From an uncultured Nitrospinota bacterium (GTDB taxonomy: Bacteria > Tectomicrobia > Entotheonellia > J063 > CAVPRW01), in contig CAVPRW010000027.1 of the NCBI GenBank assembly GCA_963707985.1, forward strand, positions 96,001 through 160,000: 64,000 nt of DNA, given 5' to 3'. Below are positions 22,213 to 32,764 of this stretch, piece after piece (within the stretch, counting starts at the first letter, position 1; every line of letters starts with the position of its first letter). A program made the position numbers and the translations under genes. Below the pieces are notes generated by a model. That model was given only the letters and a program-made list of their open reading frames with translations. It was not told the origin of the DNA and ran no database searches.

Positions 22213-24708
22213 ATGCGGCAGTCAGTGGACGCGCAGACAAGTGGACCTGTGGTGACCGAACGATATCTGTGTATACATGGCCACTTCTACCAGCCACCGC
22301 GCCAGAACCCATGGCTTGAAGCGATCGAGGCCGAGCCTTCGGCGGCGCCGTTCCACGACTGGAATGAGCGCATCACCGCCGAATGCTATGCCCCCAACGC
22401 TGCCGCCCGCATCGTCGATGGCGAAGGCCGCGTGCTTGAAATCCACCATAACTATACGCAGATTAGCTTTAACTTTGGCCCGACCTTATTAGCCTGGCTT
22501 GAGAAGGCCGATCCGGCGACCTACCAGGAGATCGTTGCAGCCGATCGCCATAGCCATGCCAGTCGGGACGGCCACGGCAATGCCATCGCACAGGCCTACA
22601 ATCACATCATCATGCCGCTGGCAAACCGGCGTGACAAAGTGACGCAGGTGGTCTGGGGCCGGGGTGATTTCCAGCGCCGCTTCGGGCGCGCCCCAGAGGG
22701 GATGTGGTTGCCCGAGACTGCTGTTGACCTCGAAACCCTGGATATCCTTGCCCAGCACGGTGTGCAATTTACCATCCTTTCCCCCTTCCAAGCGAAACGT
22801 ATACGAATGCCGGGGGACAAGAGCTGGACCGATGTCTCGAACGGGGGCATCGATCCCTCGTGTCCATATCGGTGTCTGTTACCATCAGGCCGTGAGATCG
22901 CCCTATTCTTCTATGATGGTCCGATTGCCAAAGCCATCGCCTTCGACGGTGTCCTGGCACGCGGAGAGATGCTGATCGAGCGACTGATGGGTGGATTTCA
23001 TGATGGGCGCAACCACGCCCAACTGGTGCACGTAGCCACTGATGGTGAAACCTATGGGCATCATCACCGCTTCGGTGAAATGGCCCTGGCGTATGCGCTG
23101 TCAACAATTGCTCGCAGAAATATGGCCACACTCATCAACTACGGCGAATATCTCGCGCGTTTCCCGGCAGAGCGGCTGGTCGAAATCGCCGAACACACCT
23201 CTTGGAGCTGTGCCCACGGTGTCGAGCGCTGGCGCAGCGACTGCGGCTGCCAAACAGGGGGGAAACCAGGATGGCATCAACGCTGGCGGAAGCCCTTGCG
23301 CGAAGCCCTCGATTGGCTGCGCGATCAGCTGGCGCAGCTCTTTGAGGACGAAGGACGGCAACTCCTCAAGGATCCTTGGACGGCGCGCGACGGCTATATT
23401 ACGGTCATCCTGGAGCGCTCTCACGCCAACGTAGAGCGCTTCTTCCAACAACAGGCGCACCGACGGCTGTCGGATGCCGAAGTGGTCCAGGCGCTCAAGC
23501 TGCTGGAGATGCAACGTCACGCACTGTTGATGTACACAAGCTGCGCCTGGTTCTTTGCCGAGATTTCGGGTCTCGAGACGGTACAGATGCTAGCTTTTGC
23601 CGCGCGTGCCATCCAATTAGCGCGTGAGGTGTCGGGACTGGACTTGGAGTCTGGTTTACTCGAACGCCTGGCGGCGGCTCCTGGCAATCTACCGGAGGTC
23701 GCGGAGAACGGGCGTGACGTCTATCTCAAGCTCGTCAAGCCCATGGTGGCGAGCCTGCGCACGGTAATCGCCGATCATACCATCAGCGCGCTGATCGAAC
23801 CGGAAGCCCCGCAGCAGAAGCTCGGCGTCTATGAGATCCAGGAAGTGGGCGCGCATCGCGAGAGTCGCGGCAGTTTTACCCTAATGACGGGACGCGTGCG
23901 CGTCCAGTCGGAGCTGACGGGAGAGAGGCTACAGGCCATCTACGCAGCGCTTGGGAGTGGTGGACAGGACTTCCGCTGCTCAGTCAAAGGCTATGTCGAT
24001 ACCGAGGAATATACGCATTTACAGGATGAACTCTTCCGTCTCTTCACACACCGCTCCTTGACCGAGGTCGTGCGAGCGCTCGACGCTCACTTCGGTGAGG
24101 AATATTTCACCCTCAGCCAAATATTTTCCGACGAGCAGCGCCGACTCGGCCAACGGCTTCTGACGAAAGCCCTGGCACACTTCGAGCAGCATTGCGAGGA
24201 GGTCTATCATACTAATCATCGTTTGATCGATTTCATCCGGACGAAGAACTTGCCGCTGCCGGACGTCCTACGCATGGCCGCTCAATCTAGCCTCAACAGG
24301 GAGATCACTCAGATGGCGCGCCAGTTGTTGGAGGGATCGCTCACGCCCGGTGATGTGGCAGACAGCATCCAAGCCCGGCAGCATGAGGCCAAACGTTTAC
24401 AATGCAGCCTCAACTTTGATCCGATCAACCGTGCATTTGAGGCAATAATCGAGCGCCACATCGTGCTCTTGTCACAGGAGGCTGGGCAGGCGGCGATTCC
24501 ACGGAAAGCTTTGGAAGTAGCGCAGGAGTTGAAGCTTGGGCTGTATCTGTGGCGTGGGCAAAACCTCTTCTGGCATTACCTGACCAGTACGACCCACACC
24601 GTCGATCTGCCCGTGATGCTCGAGCTCGGCACGCGTCTGGGCTTCAACCAGGCAGTGGTGAGCAAACTCCTACACGTACCCCCATCGACACCCAACCCTG
24701 TCACTTAA
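22213..24708 (+). CDS. glycoside hydrolase family 57 with DUF3536 domain
   Basis: CIHGHFYQPPR.NPW, GMWLPE, ATDGETYGHH, SWSCAHGVERWRSDCGC and MYTSC.WFF. Confidence 0.92.
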   Translation: MRQSVDAQTSGPVVTERYLCIHGHFYQPPRQNPWLEAIEAEPSAAPFHDWNERITAECYAPNAAARIVDGEGRVLEIHHNYTQISFNFGPTLLAWLEKADPATYQEIVAADRHSHASRDGHGNAIAQAYNHIIMPLANRRDKVTQVVWGRGDFQRRFGRAPEGMWLPETAVDLETLDILAQHGVQFTILSPFQAKRIRMPGDKSWTDVSNGGIDPSCPYRCLLPSGREIALFFYDGPIAKAIAFDGVLARGEMLIERLMGGFHDGRNHAQLVHVATDGETYGHHHRFGEMALAYALSTIARRNMATLINYGEYLARFPAERLVEIAEHTSWSCAHGVERWRSDCGCQTGGKPGWHQRWRKPLREALDWLRDQLAQLFEDEGRQLLKDPWTARDGYITVILERSHANVERFFQQQAHRRLSDAEVVQALKLLEMQRHALLMYTSCAWFFAEISGLETVQMLAFAARAIQLAREVSGLDLESGLLERLAAAPGNLPEVAENGRDVYLKLVKPMVASLRTVIADHTISALIEPEAPQQKLGVYEIQEVGAHRESRGSFTLMTGRVRVQSELTGERLQAIYAALGSGGQDFRCSVKGYVDTEEYTHLQDELFRLFTHRSLTEVVRALDAHFGEEYFTLSQIFSDEQRRLGQRLLTKALAHFEQHCEEVYHTNHRLIDFIRTKNLPLPDVLRMAAQSSLNREITQMARQLLEGSLTPGDVADSIQARQHEAKRLQCSLNFDPINRAFEAIIERHIVLLSQEAGQAAIPRKALEVAQELKLGLYLWRGQNLFWHYLTSTTHTVDLPVMLELGTRLGFNQAVVSKLLHVPPSTPNPVT

Positions 24709-24893
24709 GGATGCATGCTCGACAGGCGCATCACCCTTGCCATCATGATGGGTTTGGTGACCTTCTTGGGAAGGTCATATAGGGTCGAACTGGATTCGGC
24801 GGTGAGCTATAGCGGATGTTGTCTCGATAACTTGCTGAGGCGACTAGTGGGATGTAAGTGAGAGTTTTCGAGAGCCTACGGAGGTTAAATGAA

Positions 24894-24930
24894 ACGGCAG
24901 GTGATCAAAAGATTCGAAACCACCTGCCGT
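24894..24930 (-). terminator. possible intrinsic terminator
   Basis: ACGGCAGGTG/CACCTGCCGT stem followed on the minus strand by TTCATTT; the loop is long. Confidence 0.4.
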
Positions 24931-24985
24931 AGCGGGATGATCTGCGATGCTAATAGGTTAGGTCCAGACAGGCACCACGTACTTT

Positions 24986-25306
24986 TTAATCATCACCGGC
25001 ATCATGCATTCCGGCAAACATCACACGACGAGTTGGCTCATCGAGGAGACCCGACACCGGAAGACCATTCGACGACTGGAATTTGCGGAGCGCCGCAGAT
25101 GTCTGCGCATCGAAGATACCATCCGCACGGCCGGGGTCATATCCTGCCACTTTCAGCTGCAATTGTGCTTGCTGAATCATGTCCCGAGCCAGCATCTGAT
25201 CGACCGCGGCCGGGAGACGTTCACTCGAGCTGCTAGCCGCTATGGCGGCTAGGGGTACGACCAACATGGCACCAAGGGTCAGCGCAGCCAGAAACTTTTT
25301 CATCAT
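24986..25306 (-). CDS. secreted peptidoglycan-binding domain protein
   Basis: Signal peptide followed by Q..L...GYDPG.ADG.F...T..AL..FQ...GL.VSG.LD..T. Confidence 0.88.
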   Translation of the reverse strand: MMKKFLAALTLGAMLVVPLAAIAASSSSERLPAAVDQMLARDMIQQAQLQLKVAGYDPGRADGIFDAQTSAALRKFQSSNGLPVSGLLDEPTRRVMFAGMHDAGDD

Positions 25307-25813
25307 GTACTCCCTTTCTCGCGAACTGGGATTATCCCAGTCCTCATCTCACCATAAAGCGGCAAGCCGTTGCCACCACATTCACGGCAGAGCATCCATC
25401 GTCATCCCCATCGGCTACCTAAAGCAGACTACTCAAATTGTTTGGAGAAACTTGCTGCATTGGAGTGCTCTTTCAACCGTTCGTTTGGTAATATACCGAT
25501 CGGTAGACGAAAAAGGAAATGAAATATTTCGCTATAAATCATCGAAATAGTTCATGTTGCGGGTCTCGAGCTAGGGCCATCCGGCGCGCAGGCGAAATGC
25601 ACAGGCGAGGACGGCTCTTCGGTGCCTGGTGGCCAAAGTGGAGCGGAAGGACCTGAGCCGTTGTGGAGAAAGCCTTCGAAGGCCCTTGCAGGGGAGGGGC
25701 GCCTCAATGCACAGGTGATGATCATGGCCTGACGTACACTGGTATCAAGGAGAGGTGGAGGAAGGGAAATAGACGCCCGCCCTCCCTCAAGTCCTCTCCC
25801 GCAGGTTAAACGC

Positions 25814-26431
25814 TTACTTCATTGGCGAGAAGGCGGCAGGGATCAGGATCTTGTTTTGCTGACTGACCAAGAATTCTCGTGTCTTGGGTGGCCAGTTAGG
25901 CAGCTTCTGCGATTCAGCTCGAATCTTCGCCCGTTCTGCAAGGTCCTTGTAGGCCCAGGTGTGGACGAACTTGTTCAGCCCACCGAGCTCGCTATACCAA
26001 CAGGCGGCCAATGGCGAGAGCTTCTCGCGATCATTGATGGCATCGGCCCAGCGTTTCAGGACTTCACCCATGGAACCTGATTGGTAGGTGTAGGTGCGCA
26101 TCTCATAGACGCCACCCAGCGTTTGGTTCCCCAGCGGGCGCATGAACGGCGCTGGAATGAAGATCTCCGACTCCATGGTCTCGATAAACTCCTGAATCTT
26201 TGGCGGCCACCCGACCTCATGCGCCGCCGCGGCACGGACTTCCGTCCGGTGTTGGAGGCTTTCATAGGGCCACACATGCATAATCTGATTGAGTGGCCCC
26301 ACCTCCGTATGCCAGAACGCCCCAAGTTTGGAGTGCTTTTCGCGAGCCGAAATCGCTTCGCCGAAGCGCGTCTCCGCCTCAGCGACCGAGCCAGGCTTCA
26401 GCGTATAGGTGCGGACTTCGTAAATCGACAT
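25814..26431 (-). CDS. two-domain NIPSNAP family protein
   Basis: Duplicated YE.RTY...W..E.G.LN...H.W.Y units; AAGGAGG RBS. Confidence 0.92.
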   Translation of the reverse strand: MSIYEVRTYTLKPGSVAEAETRFGEAISAREKHSKLGAFWHTEVGPLNQIMHVWPYESLQHRTEVRAAAAHEVGWPPKIQEFIETMESEIFIPAPFMRPLGNQTLGGVYEMRTYTYQSGSMGEVLKRWADAINDREKLSPLAACWYSELGGLNKFVHTWAYKDLAERAKIRAESQKLPNWPPKTREFLVSQQNKILIPAAFSPMK

Positions 26432-27066
26432 AGAAACCCTCCTTTCACCTCTCTGAACTGCCACTTATGCCGCGCGACATTGCCGACACCCGTCCAACAT
26501 TCATGTATCAACGTGCCGCTGACACCGTTGCCTGAACTGCATCTCACCAGCGCATCCTCGCGACCAACCGCCTCCAGCACTCGTCGCAGTTCCGTGTCGG
26601 GCAGCAGCCACTCTGATAGCATAGAAAGGCTTTACTATACCACAGGAAGTACTGTGGGTGCGTGTGGAAATTCCGGCAGCACCAAACGTGATCCGTGGTC
26701 CACTGTTACGAGAGAGACATACCGGGGCGTAAGGTGGGCGATGTCGAGAGCATTCGTTCAATGAACGGCTCCACCGGTCTGTTGACCCACATATTCCGCT
26801 GAGGCATGGGGTCATGGCCCTCAGGCAACCCCTGCCAGGCTTCCTACCTCTGGCATCTGTGTCTTGCTGGCGAGGCTGGAATGTACGCTCATCAGCAGAG
26901 ATCCGACATGTGGTCGAAAACGGCAACAGTCCCCCTCTGCATCGGTCCTCTTGAAGGGCGTCGGGAAGACGGCTACAATGGAATCTTATGCATGCCAAAT
27001 ACGTCTAGCACGGCATGATCCCAATTCCTTCAATGGCACATTCACAACTCTGCAAGGAGAACCACG

Positions 27067-28116
27067 ATGCCTACGGTTGATCACGAGCCTCTGGGTCAGA
27101 TGGTGGATGGCATCTTGCGTGCGATGGGTGCAAGTGAGGAAGAAACCCAGATCGTGCGCCGTCATATGATTGGGGCCAATCTGGTAGGACATGATTCGCA
27201 CGGGGTAATTCTCTTGTCCACCTACGTGGACCGCATCAAAAAGGGACATATCGTCCCAGGCGCCAAATTCGAGATCGTCCGAGAGGGACCCACGACCGCC
27301 CGCATCAACGGCAATTGGGGGTTTGGGCAGGTGGTCTCAGAGCGGGCCATGCAGATGGCGATCGACAAGGCAAAAACCTACGAGGTCGCCGCGGTCACCG
27401 TCTTCCATCAGAGTCATGTAGGGCGCGTTGGGGATTACCCACTCATGGCGGCACGCGCCGGATTCATCGGCATGATGACCGCCGACTCCGGCAAAACCTC
27501 CAAGGCGGTGGCGCCCTTCGGTGGTCGTGTCGCTCGCCTTGGTACCAACCCGATTTGCATCGCGCTGCCCAGCGACCTCGATGGCCCCATATTCATCGAT
27601 ATGGCCACCAGCGCCGTGGCCGCGGGTAAGATCAGTTTGGCCCGTAACCGCAAGCAACAGATTCCCCTCGGGTGGATCCTGGATAAAGATGGCCATCCGA
27701 CGACCAATCCCCTTGATTATTATGCTGGTGGGGCCATCCTCCCTGTTGGTGGCGATCAAGGACATAAGGGCTACGGGTTATCCTTCATGGTCGAGGTGTT
27801 GTCGGGAATCTTGACGGGATTGGGCTTTGGCATCAATCCCAACGGGCCCCACAACGATGGGGTATTCATGGCGGTCTTCGCCGTCGAGGCGTTCCGGCCA
27901 TTGGATGAATTCAAGCGTGAAATGGCCGAATTCGTCAACTATGTCAAAGACACCCCACTGGCCGAGGGCTTCAAAGAGATCCTCTATCCCGGTGAAATCG
28001 AATATCGCACCGAGCAGCAGCGGCGGCGAGATGGCATTCCTATCGAAGAAGAAACCTGGCGGCAATTAACTGGACTCGCTGCCGCCTCTGGCCTGGCGAT
28101 TCCACCTAGTCGTTGA
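27067..28116 (+). CDS. Ldh_2 family (type 2 malate/L-lactate/sulfolactate) oxidoreductase
   Basis: GHDSHGV, HVGR.G.Y, GTNPI, DMATS, GHKGYGL and YPGE. Confidence 0.93.
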   Translation: MPTVDHEPLGQMVDGILRAMGASEEETQIVRRHMIGANLVGHDSHGVILLSTYVDRIKKGHIVPGAKFEIVREGPTTARINGNWGFGQVVSERAMQMAIDKAKTYEVAAVTVFHQSHVGRVGDYPLMAARAGFIGMMTADSGKTSKAVAPFGGRVARLGTNPICIALPSDLDGPIFIDMATSAVAAGKISLARNRKQQIPLGWILDKDGHPTTNPLDYYAGGAILPVGGDQGHKGYGLSFMVEVLSGILTGLGFGINPNGPHNDGVFMAVFAVEAFRPLDEFKREMAEFVNYVKDTPLAEGFKEILYPGEIEYRTEQQRRRDGIPIEEETWRQLTGLAAASGLAIPPSR

Positions 28117-28176
28117 CATGGCGTTATTCGCTGCAGCGTATTGAACGCTCGCCATGCGAGCCATGGAAGGATGACT

Positions 28177-29082
28177 ATGGCACGTCTGATTCTCCGTCAT
28201 GAGCTGCCGCTGCAAGCCCCGAGCCTGATCCTCGGGTTTGCCGGGTGGGCCAATGCTGCCGGCCTATCGATCGAGGTGGTGTCACAACTACAATCCTTGT
28301 TACATACTGATGCCATCGGCACTCTCGAGGCTCCCGAGTGTTATGTCATCACAAATCCCTCGCTAGCACATCGACCGATCACGACCATTCGTGGGGGACT
28401 AATCGAGGACCTGCACCTGCCCACCACCGAGGTGCACGCCTGGCAGGGCACCGGCACGCAGCCTGAACTGCTGCTGATTCAAGGGCTGGAGCCGGACTTG
28501 CATTGGCAGGAGTACGTCGAAGCACTCTGGAGCCTGATCGATCGTTTTGGGGTCAGACGTGTCTACACCATTGGCAGTTACTACGACCAGATCCCGCATA
28601 CGCGCCCGCCGCACATCACAGCAGTGGTCAGCGAAGCGCGTCTCAAGGCCGCCTTGCGCTCGCAGCATATCGATTTTACCAGCTATGAGGGACCGACGAG
28701 TATTCAAACCTTCCTACTCTATACTTGCCAGCAACGACAGATCGAGGGGGTGAGTCTCTGGGGAGGTGTCCCACCCTATCTGCAGGGAAGTTATCCCAGG
28801 GGTGTGGTGCGCATCCTTTCCGTGCTTAGCAAATTGATCGGGGTCACCGTCGATTCCAGTGCGCTGCAGTCATGGGTGAGTGAGTTTGAAGGTGTGCTGC
28901 AGCAACAGGTCGCAAAAAACGATGAGTTGCAGGCTTTCATCAAACAACTGGAGACGGCCTATGACCAAACCATGACCGACTCCGATGTGCAGGAAGGCGA
29001 CGAAATCGTCGATGAGATCCAGCAATTTCTCCGCCAGCGCCATCGTCCAGGAGACACCCCCCCGTCCTCCGATGCGCCGTGA
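28177..29082 (+). CDS. PAC2 (proteasome assembly chaperone) family protein
   Basis: GF.GW.NAA, G.EPD..W, IPHTRP, YEGPTSI and VP.Y. Confidence 0.85.
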   Translation: MARLILRHELPLQAPSLILGFAGWANAAGLSIEVVSQLQSLLHTDAIGTLEAPECYVITNPSLAHRPITTIRGGLIEDLHLPTTEVHAWQGTGTQPELLLIQGLEPDLHWQEYVEALWSLIDRFGVRRVYTIGSYYDQIPHTRPPHITAVVSEARLKAALRSQHIDFTSYEGPTSIQTFLLYTCQQRQIEGVSLWGGVPPYLQGSYPRGVVRILSVLSKLIGVTVDSSALQSWVSEFEGVLQQQVAKNDELQAFIKQLETAYDQTMTDSDVQEGDEIVDEIQQFLRQRHRPGDTPPSSDAP

Positions 29083-29187
29083 TCCACTGGAGGATGATTG
29101 CCTAGCTCTCGCTTCCACGCCCTGGCCTGCACCGGTGGGAGAGAGAGCAAGAGCTGGGCATCGTAAGCGGCAGAGGAAAAGACCCGC

Positions 29188-30411
29188 GTGGAAGTGATAT
29201 CAGTCGTGCTGCTGCTGAGTGGGATCGTGGCGTTCGTAGGAGCGTTGTTCAACCTGCGACGGAGTCTAAGACTGGTGCGTGCTCTGTATACCGTCGAGCC
29301 GCACCGGTCCACTGTTAACGCCGATCACCCCCCCGTCAGCATCCTGGCGCCTTGTCGTGGCGTCGACGACCAGTTCGTGGCCTATGCACGGGCGCTCCTG
29401 GCCCAGCAGTATGCAGCCTATGAGGTATTATTCCTTGTGGAATCGGCGATCGATCCTGCCTGGGAGGTGCTCAACAGCATCCTCACCGACGTGCCCGGTG
29501 CCCGTGCAGCGCTTCTCATCACCGGGGTGGCCGCAGGGTGCAGCCAGAAGATTCATAATTTGCTGGTCGGGTTGGAGCATGTCGCCCCAGAAACTCGCAT
29601 CCTGGCCTTCGTAGATTCGGATGTGCAGGTCCATCCCTACTGGCTGGAGGCGCTGGTGGCGCCGCTCGACGATCCCACCGTGGGGGCAACTTCGGGCTAT
29701 CGCTGGTATCTGCCGTGTCGCGGCAGTGTGGCAGGAAGTCTGCGCTCAGCCTGGAACGCTGCCACCCTCACCCTTATGGCTCACCCACGGTATGGATTTG
29801 CCTGGGGTGGATCGACTGCCATCCGGCGCGAGGTGTTCGAGAAGTTACGGATCCGCGATGCCTGGTCGCGTGGCTTGAGCGATGACCTGTTGCTCACGCA
29901 AGCAGTGCGTGGCGCAGGTCTGAAGATTCCCTTCGTCGCGGCCTGTCTGGTGCCCACCTTCGAGCCCTGCACCTGGCCGCAACTACTCGAATGGACGAAC
30001 CGACAGACCTGCATTGCACGCGTGCATGTGCCGTGCTCAGTGGGCCTAGCCCTCGTGGTTCATCTCATCAGTATCACCTTGAGCGTGCTAGGAGTCGTGG
30101 CACTTGCGACTGATCAGTGGGTCTCGGGCGGGTTGCTCTTGAGCTATTGGGTGATCACGGGGCTTGGCAGTCTCGCGGTCTGTCGAGGGGCACGCCAGCG
30201 CTTATCCGCGCATGGGTTCACCGTCGCCCAACGCGCCTGGATACAGGCCCTGTGGACCCCAGCCGTCACCCTGTTGGCGCTGATCAACATCTCCGTGGCG
30301 TTTACGACCAGGACGATCACCTGGCGTGGCATTTCCTATACCATGCGCTCACCGCAGCATGTGGTCATGCACACCGGGCCACGTGTTCCAGCACCACCCT
30401 CGGAGGCCTGA
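29188..30411 (+). CDS. membrane glycosyltransferase family 2 (ceramide glucosyltransferase/HpnI-like)
   Basis: PVSILAPCRG, KIHNL, FVDSD, SDD, W..RQ and ITWRG; TM helices at both ends. Confidence 0.88.
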   Translation: MEVISVVLLLSGIVAFVGALFNLRRSLRLVRALYTVEPHRSTVNADHPPVSILAPCRGVDDQFVAYARALLAQQYAAYEVLFLVESAIDPAWEVLNSILTDVPGARAALLITGVAAGCSQKIHNLLVGLEHVAPETRILAFVDSDVQVHPYWLEALVAPLDDPTVGATSGYRWYLPCRGSVAGSLRSAWNAATLTLMAHPRYGFAWGGSTAIRREVFEKLRIRDAWSRGLSDDLLLTQAVRGAGLKIPFVAACLVPTFEPCTWPQLLEWTNRQTCIARVHVPCSVGLALVVHLISITLSVLGVVALATDQWVSGGLLLSYWVITGLGSLAVCRGARQRLSAHGFTVAQRAWIQALWTPAVTLLALINISVAFTTRTITWRGISYTMRSPQHVVMHTGPRVPAPPSEA

Positions 30412-31560
30412 TAAGGAGAGATCGATCATGACCACCGGCCAGGAGATTCGCCATTACGTCCGCTCTGCGCTCGGCAGGCGTCGCTTTAACCTCCTCATCT
30501 TTTTTGTGACGTCGCGCTGTAACGCCAAGTGCGATTTTTGCTTTTACTGGGATCACCTCAATCACCAGGGTGATCTGACCCTGGACGAGATCCGTCAGAT
30601 CTCCGCCACCATGCCGCCGTTCCATCGCCTGCTGTTTTCGGGGGGCGAGACCTTCATGCGGAAGGAACTGGTCGACATCGTGGGCCTCTTCCACCGTCAA
30701 AACGGCGTGGCGACGATCAATCTCCCGACCAACGGCATCCTGCAAGCCGCAGATCGTGGCGAAGACCGAGGCCATCCTGGCTGAGAATCCGGAGCTGACG
30801 GTCAACGTGGGCTTCTCCCTCGACGGTTTCGCCGCCACGCACGACCGTGTGCGCGCTGTTCCCGGCTGCTTTCGTAAAGCCATCGCCAGTATCAAGGCGG
30901 TGACCGCCCTGCGAGACCGATTTCCCAACCTGACCGTGTTCGTCAACAGCGTCATTTTGCACGAAAATTACCAAGAGTTACCGGCCTTGGCGGATTATCT
31001 GCTGCAAGAGGTCGATCTCGACACCCATTACTTCAACATCATCCGCGGCGACCCCATGAACCCAGCCCAGCGGGACGTGCCCCACGAGGCGCTGGCCACG
31101 CTCTACCAGGAGTATGAGCGCGTGCTCGCTATCTATGTGGACCGTACCCACCAGCGGCGTGGCCGCGGCCCAATATCGGCAGCCGTGTGGCGTACCTTCT
31201 ACCTGGGACGGTTGGCGATCTATAATGATATTCAGCGCACCAACTATACCCATGGCGCCCGCTGGCCGATGCCCTGTACGGCCGGGGACACGGCTGCAGT
31301 GATCGACTACCATGGTGACGTGCGTATTTGTGAGCTGCGCCAGTCCATCGGCAACCTGCGCGACTACGATTGTGACTTCGGACGATTGTGGAGCTCATCG
31401 GCGCGCACGGCAGAGGTGGCGCAGATGCACCAGGATCACTGCGATTGTACGCACATCTGTTTCATCGACGACAGCGCCACCTACAGCCCGAAGGTCGCCC
31501 TGCTGCAGTCCCCCCTGGCCTATGCACGACGTTCGCCTATGCCGAGCGTTCCGGTGCCTC
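30174..31560 (+). repeat. direct repeat copy 1 (GT2 3' end plus radical SAM gene)
   Basis: Near-identical to 40495-41880 at an offset of 10321, or 10320 after a 1-nt indel. Confidence 0.95.
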
Positions 31561-31592
31561 AGGTCGAGGGTCAAGGTGAGAGGGCATGCTGA
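30428..31592 (+). CDS. radical SAM / SPASM-twitch protein, copy 1 (1-nt insertion near 30748)
   Basis: CNAKCDFC, SGGE and PCTAG..G.V..CE; the frameshift is visible against intact copy 2. Confidence 0.88.
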
Positions 31593-32050
31593 AGCCATGA
31601 ATTGGCCCTTAGATTATGCTATGCCCTTCCCTTTGTGGGTATCGCATAAACCTAGGGAAGCGCTTAGTGACGTGCTTCTAAACGCATGAGAGTGCGTCAG
31701 ACTGTCTTGCCTCGTGGTAATCACCCATAGAGCACAACGGCAGCAGTTCGAACCCCACCATCCGGTGATGCGGCGCGAGATCATGCTTTCGACTGAGCGA
31801 TACCGCGTCGCGAACGGATGGCAGTCGATCCTCGAACTGCGCAGCAATGAAGAGGTTATTGTCTGGCTGACGTTACATGTCTTGTGCTACTCTGGTGCTA
31901 TCATTCTAGGGCAGTGTTTAGATAAAGCAACAGATAAGGAAGCCTTAATGGTTCTTGCTACTGTATGGCAAAGTAAAAGAGACGATAGGGATCTAGCAAA
32001 TCTCTGCTGTGCTTTTGAAGTCTACGCGAGCATGGCATAGGGAGAGATCC

Positions 32051-32293
32051 ATGCCCAGAAGCGTGAAAGCGGTTTATAATCATGGGGTTTTTGTTGCTCG
32101 AGAATTTTGTGATATTCCTGATGGATCAGAGGTGGAGTTAATTATTCACGGCCCTGCTCTTCTTCCCCCAGAAGTCAAGGGAAGTGAGGAGAAAGAACAT
32201 ATCATAAGGATTACGGTCGAACGCATGCAACAAAATCCTATCCCTACTAATGCACCCCGTTTGACGAGGGAAGCACTGCATGAACGCCGTTGA
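32051..32293 (+). CDS. antitoxin, DUF104/AF2212-like
   Basis: VKAVY..GVF......IPDG.EV.L and C-terminal LTREALHERR; overlaps the PIN gene. Confidence 0.75.
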   Translation: MPRSVKAVYNHGVFVAREFCDIPDGSEVELIIHGPALLPPEVKGSEEKEHIIRITVERMQQNPIPTNAPRLTREALHERR

Positions 32294-32699
32294 TACCAAT
32301 GTTCTATTGTATATCCATGATCCGCGCGATCCTGATAAACAGGCAACGGCTGCAGCGCTGATCCAAGCATTGACCGATGGCGTCTTGCTTTGGCAGGTCG
32401 CATGCGAATATTTATCGGCAAGCCGCAAATTAGAGCCGTTCGGATATAACCGAGCGCAGGCTTGGCTGGACATCCGCGACCTACGTCGAGTGTGGACTAC
32501 CATTCTACCGAGTTGGGGCATTTTAGAACACGCAGAACAACTATTGGCCTCCTACAGCCTCTCATTTTGGGACGCCATGATTATTGCGGCTTGCCTGCAG
32601 GGAGGAGTGACGCGTTTGTATTCAGAGGATTTCGATGCCTACCCGCGGGTGGATGGGCTGGAGGTCCTGAATCCTTTTAGCGTCTCCCCTGCTCCCTGA
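32280..32699 (+). CDS. PIN-domain (VapC-like) toxin
   Basis: VDTNVLLY, SFWDAMI.AA, LYSEDF and NPF. Confidence 0.92.
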   Translation: MNAVDTNVLLYIHDPRDPDKQATAAALIQALTDGVLLWQVACEYLSASRKLEPFGYNRAQAWLDIRDLRRVWTTILPSWGILEHAEQLLASYSLSFWDAMIIAACLQGGVTRLYSEDFDAYPRVDGLEVLNPFSVSPAP

Positions 32700-32764
32700 A
32701 GTCAAGGAGCTGGGCTTCATCCTTTACAGCCAATCAAATTTCACCGCCATACGATATAGAGCAG

